The notes under the pieces: model-generated
What the model was told of the DNA's origin: nothing
The model's database searches: none
The model's input: the letters and a program-made list of their open reading frames with translations, nothing else
Origin: Pyrinomonadaceae bacterium
GTDB lineage: Bacteria > Acidobacteriota > Blastocatellia > Pyrinomonadales > Pyrinomonadaceae
Assembly (NCBI GenBank): GCA_036389815.1
Contig: DASVWB010000086.1
Location: 7,031 to 71,030 of the forward strand
Length of the DNA stretch: 64,000 nucleotides
Reading direction: 5' to 3'
Position numbers and translations under genes: made by a program
In this document: one piece after another, positions 43,199 to 51,072 of the stretch
Layout: every line of letters begins with the position of its first letter
Position numbering within the stretch: position 1 is the stretch's first letter

Positions 43199-45002
43199 CT
43201 CGCGCGGCTGGGCCCTCATCTGCGACTCGAACCCGGAGCGGTTCGCGCTCCTGCAAGGCGTCCTCGAAGACGAGTTCCTCACCACGGCGGAGAACGTCGA
43301 GAACTTCGAGGAACTCCAGGCGGAGTTCGGCAAACGGCCGTGGCGCCTCATCCTCGTCGCACACGACTTCCCGCTGTCGCCCTCCCGGCGGAGTTCCATC
43401 CTTGCGCAGTACTTCTACTACCTCAACGTCCACGCCATCGAGGTCCCGAAGGCGTTCGTCATCCCCGCCGACGAGCCGGAAGACCTTCAACTGCTGACGC
43501 CGCGGCCGCAGACAATCCACGCCGAGTCCGCGGCCCCCGCGCCCGGGCGGCGCAAGCAGCTCGCGACGGAGATCGGCACCCTCATCCCGCGCGCCTCGCG
43601 GCTGCCCGAGGTCGTGCTGGCCGACTCGCCCTCGCTCCGCGAGCAGGTCCGCCGCCTCAACGAGCGGCGCGACCTGGAGGGCGGGAGGCACGTGCTCTCG
43701 CACCTGCTGCGGGACCTCTTCGATTGGGGCGTGGCCGAGGTCGGGCGCCTCGGGCAGGGCGCGTCCGGGGCCAAGGTCTTTCGCGTCCGCCCGTCGGGCG
43801 CGGGCGACGGGGCCAAGGAGTACTTCCTCAAGCTGAGCCCCTCCGCGGATTTCTGGAAAATCAGGCTGGAGGTCGAGAAGCACGCCGCGGCCAGGCAGAG
43901 GCTGGGCGTCGAGGACTACAGCATCCATTTCGTGAAGCTGGTGGCGCCGCGCGTCAAGAACGAGTCGCCGGAGCACGGCCTGGAGGAGGTGGTCTCTTAC
44001 GGCAACTGGCACGCCGTCTGTTACGACTTCCTGGGCGAGAGCGAGTTCGGCAAATTCATCGACCTCGAGACGGCCATCGTCGCGCCGGCCGGGGACCTCG
44101 CGGCGAGGACGCGGGGGACAAGGTACGAGGCCGACCCGCCCGACGCGACCGCCGTCCTGGCGCTCCGCCACCGGCTGTTCGAGACCGCGCTGGAGTGGCT
44201 GACGCGGAATTGGTACGCGAAGGAGGGCGTCTGGCGCCGCGAGACGCGCGCCCTCTGGGAGACGGTAGACACGCCGGACAGCACGTACCCCGTCATGCCG
44301 CCGTACCAGCTCGCGGGGAAGAGTAAAGCCTTCGTGCTGAGCTTCCTCGACAGCAACTCGGCGAAGTTGGGCGAGAGGTTCTTCGACGGCTGGGCGGAGT
44401 ACAGGCGCTCGGTCTGGGGGCTGGTTGAGCGCGGCCGCGGGGCGACCGGGGCCCCGCTCCTCGACCGCGAGCTGTCCGTCGTGCTCTCGCCGGCGCACGG
44501 CGACATGAACGCCAACAACCTGCTCCTCTGGCTCGACAGGCCCGAACACCCTTTCCTGATCGACTTCCCCTTCTTCCAGGAGGCCGGGCACGCCCTACAG
44601 GACTTCGCGCGGCTGGAGGTCGAGATCAAGCTCGCGCTGATGGACAGGCAGGCGGACAGCCCCCCGGGCGAGCTTCAGGCCCTCGACTACACGTACACGC
44701 AGGTGGCGCTCTGGAAGGAGATGGAAGATCACCTGCTGTCTCCCGACTGGCAGCGGGACAAGACCGACTGGGCGGCGGGCGCCTACACGGCGAACGTGAA
44801 CTTCTGCCTCGGGCTCGTGCGGGGCTTGCGGGTGAAGGCCCTGGAAGTGCAGAGGCAAGGCGGCGCCGCCGCCCCGGACTTCTTAGCCGAGTACCTGCCG
44901 GCGCTCCTCTACCACACCGTCAGGGCCGTCGGCTACGACACGCTTTCCATCTTCAAACGCCTTCTGTCCGTTTACAGCGCCGGCCGAATACTCCGGGGTT
45001 AA
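43191..45002 (+). CDS. REC-like N-terminal domain fused to a protein-kinase-like (APH/ePK-fold) domain
   Basis: It overlaps the preceding gene by 8 nt (ATGGCTGA). The N-terminus is receiver-like (WALICDSNPERF..., WRLILVAHDFPL). Kinase-fold motifs: Gly-rich loop LGQGASGAKVFRV, Lys in EYFLKLS, catalytic loop SPAHGDMNANNLLLW and a DFG-equivalent (FLIDFPFF). Confidence 0.65.
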   Translation: MADSRGWALICDSNPERFALLQGVLEDEFLTTAENVENFEELQAEFGKRPWRLILVAHDFPLSPSRRSSILAQYFYYLNVHAIEVPKAFVIPADEPEDLQLLTPRPQTIHAESAAPAPGRRKQLATEIGTLIPRASRLPEVVLADSPSLREQVRRLNERRDLEGGRHVLSHLLRDLFDWGVAEVGRLGQGASGAKVFRVRPSGAGDGAKEYFLKLSPSADFWKIRLEVEKHAAARQRLGVEDYSIHFVKLVAPRVKNESPEHGLEEVVSYGNWHAVCYDFLGESEFGKFIDLETAIVAPAGDLAARTRGTRYEADPPDATAVLALRHRLFETALEWLTRNWYAKEGVWRRETRALWETVDTPDSTYPVMPPYQLAGKSKAFVLSFLDSNSAKLGERFFDGWAEYRRSVWGLVERGRGATGAPLLDRELSVVLSPAHGDMNANNLLLWLDRPEHPFLIDFPFFQEAGHALQDFARLEVEIKLALMDRQADSPPGELQALDYTYTQVALWKEMEDHLLSPDWQRDKTDWAAGAYTANVNFCLGLVRGLRVKALEVQRQGGAAAPDFLAEYLPALLYHTVRAVGYDTLSIFKRLLSVYSAGRILRG

Positions 45003-45020
45003 ATCATCCCTCCCGCGCGC

Positions 45021-45776
45021 TCAGACGCCCGGCTTATGCTGCGCCTTCAGTTCTCGGGCCAGGTTCCCGAGGTCGGGGAACAGGTCGGAGAGACCCACCC
45101 CGAGATGGTCGAGTTCCTCGGCGATCAGCGGCACCGCATCCTCGGGAATAACCAGGCGCCGAAGCCAGGTCTCCGCCCCCTCGACCTGATCTAAGCAGGC
45201 CGTGCCGGCGTGGATAGTGAAGGCCCCGCGTTGCGTCACCATGCGCATGTCGGATTCGATAGGCATGGCTGCCACGACATTCTCGTGACTCCGGGGGCCG
45301 CGGAATGCCGGCCGCAGGAGGTCTCGGAGTTTGTTTCCGCTGAGCGGGTACAGGAGCGGCTCGTACCCTTGCGACTCGTTCAGCACGCCGGGGGCGAGGG
45401 CCCAGATGCACGCTTCACCCGCACCGCCCGGGCCCGCGTGGGGCATAGCCGGCTCCGTCGCAAAGAATGCGGCGATGAGCGGCGACCTCGACCAGTCGAG
45501 CAGGCGGGTCGGCAGGCCGTAGTGCTGCATGAGGCTGAGCCAGCCGGCGTAGTCGTCATACGGCGGGACACGCACATGACGCAGCCCCGCGCGCATGCGA
45601 AACTCCTGCGACATGTACTGTTCCTGCTGGGCCGAGTACCCGCGGTGAATCCCGGGGCGCAACTCCCAACTCATCGAGGCGTGGCCGCGAAACCACCAGC
45701 GTAACCGCGTCTCGCGTTTCAGGTGCCTCACGACCTCGGCGAGTTCTCCGATTGAGCGAATAGGTATCGAGAGCAT
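45021..45776 (-). CDS. FRG-domain protein
   Basis: 251 aa. WWFRGHASMSWELRPGIHR and LMQHYGLPTRLLDWSRSPLIAAFFA are the FRG-domain signature as I remember it. It is convergent with the kinase-fold gene, with 18 nt between the two stops. Confidence 0.75.
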   Translation of the reverse strand: MLSIPIRSIGELAEVVRHLKRETRLRWWFRGHASMSWELRPGIHRGYSAQQEQYMSQEFRMRAGLRHVRVPPYDDYAGWLSLMQHYGLPTRLLDWSRSPLIAAFFATEPAMPHAGPGGAGEACIWALAPGVLNESQGYEPLLYPLSGNKLRDLLRPAFRGPRSHENVVAAMPIESDMRMVTQRGAFTIHAGTACLDQVEGAETWLRRLVIPEDAVPLIAEELDHLGVGLSDLFPDLGNLARELKAQHKPGV

Positions 45777-46018
45777 ACGTGGATTCCGAGTCTGCTGCCG
45801 TCGGGCCGCCCGCTAAAGGGTGTTGACGGAGCGGGCGCCGCAGGCTCGATAGGGGTGCCCGCTTCGTCACGTGAGAACCGGCAAGGTTCCCGGAGGTGCT
45901 GAACTAACGGAAGGGCAGATTATAGCTTAGGGATTATTGTTGGAACAGCACCGAAAGCCCCGCTTATGCGTCGAAGCCACTAATATCGTTTACGTCACGT
46001 TGCCGGGAGGCGGGGGTT

Positions 46019-46714
46019 TTACTCACGCTGAAAAGAAGCCGCCGAACTGAGCCCGAACACTTCAGTCACCCGCCCGGCGAGATCGTCCTCTGTCATCGCG
46101 CCGTCCACGTCAACGGCGGGCAACCCCAGACGCGCCGTCTCCTCGCGGAGGGCGTCCGTAAACATTCGGTCGCGTTCGAGCAGGTTGCGCAAGGCTCTCT
46201 CCGGGTCGCCGGTTCTGGCGAGAAACCCCCACGCCGCTCCGCCCCGGCTCTCGACCACCTCCCGGCGGAAGGCGGGCGTCGGCAGGAGCCAGACCGCCCG
46301 GGCAGGTTCGGAGAGGAGGGGCTCGACGAGGCGCGGCAGCAGCCGGAACCCCTCGGCGATGATGCCGGGCTCGCGCGGGAGGCTCAGGAGGTCTTCGATA
46401 ATCAGTTGGAAGCCCTCGCCTCGGAACCAGTGGAACGTCTCGAACATCGTGCCCGGGGGGCGGGTCACCCAGCGCTCGTCCGCGCACATGGCCATGAACC
46501 TGTGTAGCAGCGGCGAGTCTTCGCGTGTGCTGCGGCGGGCGTGCTCCGCCATCACGTCGTCGGTCGCGTAAAGACGCAGACCGTGCCGGGCCGCCACGCG
46601 GCGGGCGACGGTAGACTTGCCGGCGCCGCTCCCGCCGCCTATCCAGCAGACGTGCCGGAGCCGTTCCCGCAGCGTCGCGCCGTCGGCAGTCTCTTCGCGC
46701 CGTCCAGAGGTCAT
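46019..46714 (-). CDS. P-loop NTPase / nucleotide-kinase-like protein
   Basis: I prefer the ATG at 46714 (MTSGRRE...) over the track start at 46837. The Walker A motif is IGGGSGAGKSTVA, followed by LYATDD. The size of ~231 aa is typical of small AAA/kinase-fold proteins. Confidence 0.65.
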   Translation of the reverse strand: MTSGRREETADGATLRERLRHVCWIGGGSGAGKSTVARRVAARHGLRLYATDDVMAEHARRSTREDSPLLHRFMAMCADERWVTRPPGTMFETFHWFRGEGFQLIIEDLLSLPREPGIIAEGFRLLPRLVEPLLSEPARAVWLLPTPAFRREVVESRGGAAWGFLARTGDPERALRNLLERDRMFTDALREETARLGLPAVDVDGAMTEDDLAGRVTEVFGLSSAASFQRE

Positions 46715-46990
46715 ACACAGGCTCCGGCCTCGGGCCTTAACACAGACATTCTGCTTCGGCCGCGACTGCGTTAAGTGCGCTTGCGGCAGACCGGGATGAC
46801 ACTCGGGCTCGCGGCGGTGGGCGGCTCTTCGTCCCAACCTCTGTGGCCGGGGTTTACCCTCGCGTGTTCGATACTACCCGCGGTAGCGGGTGGGGTGATC
46901 ATAACAGGCGCGCGGCCCTGTCTCGACGCCCCACACGCCACCGCGGGTGGTACTGACGCGCTATCGACGCCGACGCCGCCGGCCGTCGCG

Positions 46991-48463
46991 TCAAAGCTTA
47001 GCCGCGTCGAGAATCATTTGAGCGGCCTGCTCGACGACCGGCGTGATGATGTCTTCGCCCACAGACCTGGCCTTGGACTTGAACTGGCGCGCGGCGGCCG
47101 GCGCGGCGCCTCCGGGCGCCTGCACCTTCACGTCGAGCGTCAGCTCGTCCTTCTGCTTGACGTTGGCCGACATCGTGCCGGCGCTGACGACGGCCTGCGT
47201 CGCCACCTGACCCGCGACGTTCCCGGCCGTGCTGCCCGTGTGGCCGATGCCGACCTGCCCGACGGCCGGCGCCACGACCTTGCCGAACATGCCGCCGAAC
47301 CCGCCCCCACCGCCCTTCTTGTGCGAGACGCCCGCGTAGACTACGAAGTCGCACTCCTTCTGTCTGGCCTCGGCCTCGACCTGCGACGGCAGCTTCGCTT
47401 CGAGCCGGACGACCTCGACCGCGGGGCTCTTCAGGTACTCGTTAAGCGTGTTCTGAACCGCCGCCGCCAGCTCCGAAGCGTTCAGGCCCTCCCCGACGCT
47501 GCCCGGCTTCACAGCGGCGACGCCGAGCCGCACGACGCCCGCCTTCCTGGGGCCGGGCTCGCCGGCCGTCCGGGGCGTCGGCGCGTCGGCCGCGTCCCTG
47601 ACGCCGGCGCTCGGCCCGGGGTCGGCGGCCTGCGCCGCGGAGGGCTCGTCCGCGTCACCGCCCGGCGCGGCGGCGGACGCCGCTAACGAAGCCGCGGAGA
47701 AGTCTTTGACCTCGCGGTAGTCCGCGGGCGGGTCGAAGAGCGACTGTTCGAGCGTCGCCTGCGAAAGCTCGACGACCTCGTTGAGGGTCGAGAAGCTCTC
47801 GCGCCCGTCCTCGCCGAACATGGTCATCTTCTCCCACACGGGGTAGCCGCGCCGTGCGGCCCCGGCCTGCTTCGTCTCGTAGCGATCCTGGCAGCCGCCC
47901 GCCTGCCGCGGCGCCTGGTAGGCGGCGGCCCGCTCGGTCGCGCAGTCGAGGGCGAACGCGGCGTCGATGTACCAGCCGTCCATCTCCATCCTGCTGTTCG
48001 TCGGCGAGCATGAGTCGGGCGAGGACTTCGTCTCGATGGTGGTGACGACGTGGCGGGCGGTGTAGCCGAACATCTGCCTGCGCTCGCCGGTGTCCTTCGT
48101 CGTGACGGTCGAGGTGACGAGGCCGCCGCCCGTCCGCTCGGCGGTCTGCCGCGTGTCGGAGGCGGGGCGCGCCGCCGCGGCGTCCGCCGACTCGTACGGC
48201 CGCACGGTGTACGCGCGCATCTGCGGCATGATCTGGATGTCGCGGCGCAGGTCGCACTGCTGGATGGTGACCATCTGCCCGCCCATCTGCTCGCTGCGCT
48301 GCCGCTTGCCCTTGATGTAGGTCGTGTTCTCGTAAGACTGCCCCCCGGCCGTCTGCTTCGACTTAATCTTGACGTCGGCGCGCGCTACCGCCGCGGCGGA
48401 CGCCACGCACAGCAGCAGGAGTGCGAACCGGCCGGCACCCGTTAGTTTCCTCATGACTTTCAC
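46991..48463 (-). CDS. Secreted hypothetical protein
   Basis: 490 aa. Signal peptide (LTGAGRFALLLLCVASAAAVARA). The N-terminal half is protein-like, followed by an Ala/Pro-rich linker, a Gly-rich stretch (KKGGGGGFGGMFG) and a C-terminal region. No family recognised. Confidence 0.6.
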   Translation of the reverse strand: MKVMRKLTGAGRFALLLLCVASAAAVARADVKIKSKQTAGGQSYENTTYIKGKRQRSEQMGGQMVTIQQCDLRRDIQIMPQMRAYTVRPYESADAAAARPASDTRQTAERTGGGLVTSTVTTKDTGERRQMFGYTARHVVTTIETKSSPDSCSPTNSRMEMDGWYIDAAFALDCATERAAAYQAPRQAGGCQDRYETKQAGAARRGYPVWEKMTMFGEDGRESFSTLNEVVELSQATLEQSLFDPPADYREVKDFSAASLAASAAAPGGDADEPSAAQAADPGPSAGVRDAADAPTPRTAGEPGPRKAGVVRLGVAAVKPGSVGEGLNASELAAAVQNTLNEYLKSPAVEVVRLEAKLPSQVEAEARQKECDFVVYAGVSHKKGGGGGFGGMFGKVVAPAVGQVGIGHTGSTAGNVAGQVATQAVVSAGTMSANVKQKDELTLDVKVQAPGGAAPAAARQFKSKARSVGEDIITPVVEQAAQMILDAAKL

Positions 48464-48731
48464 CCGTTCCTTTTCCCCTGTGACAAATGAATGATTAAAA
48501 CCCGGCGCCGGCTCGCCGACTGCCGCACGGAGTCGTTCGGCTCCGTACAGCTAACGCGCGGCGCGGGGCTGAAAGGTATCAGCGCGGCGCGCCGCCGGGC
48601 GGGGGTCGTCGCAAGGGCGGAGGCGCGCCGGAGGCGGAGGGATATTTAGTTTGATACGCGCGGCGCGCTTTTCGCGCGTTAGCCGGTGGGCAGACTTCCC
48701 GGAGATTCTTCTTAACAAAGGGTGACGGACG

Positions 48732-51062
48732 ATGTTTATTAGCGCGGCGTTGTCGGGATGGACGAGGCGGGCGGGCGGCCTCCTGGTGTTGGCGTGTGTG
48801 TTGGCGGGCGCGCTGCCCGCCGGGGCGCAGACGCGTAGGGGCGCGGCGGCGGGCGCACAGGCGAAGAAGGCCGCGGCGTGTTCGGCCGCATGGACCGGCG
48901 TCGTCAAATACGCGCGCACGCAGAGCGACCGGAGCAGCAAGACCGTGCCTCGCGTCTCAGCGCGCGGCGAGGACACGACCGAGTGGCAGATGAACTACGA
49001 CTACAAGGCCGCGGTCGTCGTCACTGAGAGTCCGCAAAAGGACGGCTCCAGCGTCGCGCGCGCCAGCGTCACGCACAACTTCTCCTCGACCGAGACGACC
49101 GTGGCGAAGGAGAAGAACTCCTGCGACCGCGGGAAGACGTGGCGCGAGATGTCGGGCACGTTCACCTCGCAGACGGCGACGAACGGCAACGCCGGCGGCC
49201 TTGAGGCGAACGTCTCCGTCGGCGTAAACTCCGACGGCACCTATTCGGTCGGCGTCGGCGTGCCGCCGATACAGGGCAAGACTACGGGGAGGCAGACCTC
49301 GGCCTTCAGCGGTCAGTGCACGCCGAAGGAGGGGAAGAACCTCAGCCTCCCCCCGACCGAGACGCAGGTCGAAGGCAACTCGCTCTCGTCCGACGGGAGC
49401 AGCCGCCTCGACCCCGACGACCCGAACCGCCTGAGCGGCAGCTACTCGCACTCCTTCCAGAACGTGACGGAGACCATCACCTGGAACCTGCAAAAGTGCG
49501 GCGCGCCCCTGCGCCTCGCAGACATCAGGTTCGAGCACCCGAAGTACCCGAACTTCGACGACTGGCGCGAGGTCGCCGAGCAGGCGGGCACCGTGGACGG
49601 CAACATGGTCAGAATCAAGGCGGAGGTTTTGAACCTCTCGGGCGAGACGAAGTACGCGGACGTGAGGTTCAAGGAGACTTACAAGGGCGACAAGTGGGAC
49701 GGCGCGCGCCCCGACGCACCGCTCTCGGACAACGTCGTCTCGGTGCGCGTCGAGCCGGGCGAGCTGCGCGAGGTGGAGACCGTGTGGGACTCGTCCGGCT
49801 ACGCGTGGTTCGACGACGGGAGGCCGCGGCTCGTGCAGCGCATCAAGGCCGAGCTGGAGGAGAACGGGAAGAAGACGGACGAGCTGACGAAGAACCTGAA
49901 GGTCGCGCCGAAGCCGCTCGTCTTAGTCCACGGGCTTTGGAGCAACTGGCGCGCGTGGGAGTCCTGGCAGAACATCCTGACGACCTCGCACAGCTACGAC
50001 TGGAAGGCGTTCCCCGTAGGCCAACGGCCGGAGAAGGGGTTGATGAACACGGGCGGGGAGTTCCTCTCTACGAGCCCGACGAACGGCATCTTCGAGAACT
50101 CGCAGCAGGTGGGGCGCTACATACGCTACGCGCAGGAGGAGCGCAACGCGTGGCACGTCGACGTCGTCGCGCACTCGATGGGCGGGCTCATCACGCGCCA
50201 CTACGTACACAACTTCATGCCGCCCTCGCCCGACGGCCGCCCGCAGGTGTCGCACCTCGTCATGCTCGGCACGCCGAACATGGGCAGCCCGTGCGCCGAC
50301 GTGATGAACTTCACCTTCGAGATGCTCGGCAAATCGGTCGAGGCCGTGCGCCAGCTCCGCCCCTCGGTCGTCGCGGAGTTCAACCGCGTGACGACGAACC
50401 GCAAGGGGGTGAAGTTCTCCGTGCTGGCCGGCAACCCTTTGCCCGTGATGTGCAAGACCGTGACGCCGAACGACGGCGTCGTGCCGGTCGAGTCGGCCTT
50501 CTGGACGATCAGGGACCGCGCCCTCTCCGGCAACGTCCACACGGAGCTGACCGGCGCGGCCGACTTTTCGGGCTTCGTCAAGCCGAGGCTGGCCGTCGGC
50601 CCCCGCGGCAACCACAACCCCGAGGCGCCCGAGTCGGGGCGGCTGCACGGCGGGCGTCTGCCGGACGCGGCGGCCTTCTTCAACGCGGCGTACGAGCCGC
50701 CCGCCGCGGCCTTCTACGCGGGCGCGGGGGCGGACGACGCGCGACCCGACTTCGCGAAGGAGTTGACGCTCGCGCCGGGGCAGTCGGTCGAGGTCGAGAT
50801 TCCCGTCGGGGCGGCGGCCGAGAGCTTCGGCGTGACGTTCATGGCGGGCGCGCTCGTCTCGGCCACGCTCGCGGACGAGAAGGGAACCGTCAGGGGGAAG
50901 AATCCGGCGGGCGCGGCCGAGTCCGCCGGATTCTTCCGAACCATCTTCGTCGAGCGCGGCGTGGCGGCCGGCGCGTGGAAGCTGAGGCTGGAGAACACGG
51001 GGAAGGCCGACGCGCCCGCCGTCGTCGCCGCGTGGAGCAACGCCCCTTCAAAGAAGTTTTGA
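48732..51062 (+). CDS. Secreted multidomain protein with alpha/beta-hydrolase (lipase/PGAP1-like) domain
   Basis: Signal peptide (LLVLACVLAGALPAGAQT). An N-terminal beta-rich region of ~400 aa is followed by a hydrolase core (LVLVHGLWSNWRAW, nucleophile elbow VVAHSMGGLI, GTPNMGSP, NDGVVPVESA) and a C-terminal beta-sandwich-like tail. Confidence 0.7.
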   Translation: MFISAALSGWTRRAGGLLVLACVLAGALPAGAQTRRGAAAGAQAKKAAACSAAWTGVVKYARTQSDRSSKTVPRVSARGEDTTEWQMNYDYKAAVVVTESPQKDGSSVARASVTHNFSSTETTVAKEKNSCDRGKTWREMSGTFTSQTATNGNAGGLEANVSVGVNSDGTYSVGVGVPPIQGKTTGRQTSAFSGQCTPKEGKNLSLPPTETQVEGNSLSSDGSSRLDPDDPNRLSGSYSHSFQNVTETITWNLQKCGAPLRLADIRFEHPKYPNFDDWREVAEQAGTVDGNMVRIKAEVLNLSGETKYADVRFKETYKGDKWDGARPDAPLSDNVVSVRVEPGELREVETVWDSSGYAWFDDGRPRLVQRIKAELEENGKKTDELTKNLKVAPKPLVLVHGLWSNWRAWESWQNILTTSHSYDWKAFPVGQRPEKGLMNTGGEFLSTSPTNGIFENSQQVGRYIRYAQEERNAWHVDVVAHSMGGLITRHYVHNFMPPSPDGRPQVSHLVMLGTPNMGSPCADVMNFTFEMLGKSVEAVRQLRPSVVAEFNRVTTNRKGVKFSVLAGNPLPVMCKTVTPNDGVVPVESAFWTIRDRALSGNVHTELTGAADFSGFVKPRLAVGPRGNHNPEAPESGRLHGGRLPDAAAFFNAAYEPPAAAFYAGAGADDARPDFAKELTLAPGQSVEVEIPVGAAAESFGVTFMAGALVSATLADEKGTVRGKNPAGAAESAGFFRTIFVERGVAAGAWKLRLENTGKADAPAVVAAWSNAPSKKF

Positions 51063-51072
51063 GGGGCCGCTG

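Noticed and set aside
41711-44591. Minus-strand ORFs 41711..43399 and 43161..44591, and plus-strand 42076..43497
   Set aside because: They overlap the NtrC-type and kinase-fold genes in antisense or alternative frames. The annotated frames carry Walker A, GAFTGA-like and HGD motifs.
45919-45945. Promoter for the FRG gene (minus-strand TATAAT at 45924-45919 with TTCCAA 15 nt upstream)
   Set aside because: The -10 box is perfect, but the -35 is poor and the spacer is only 15 nt. It is mentioned in the FRG finding and not listed as a feature.
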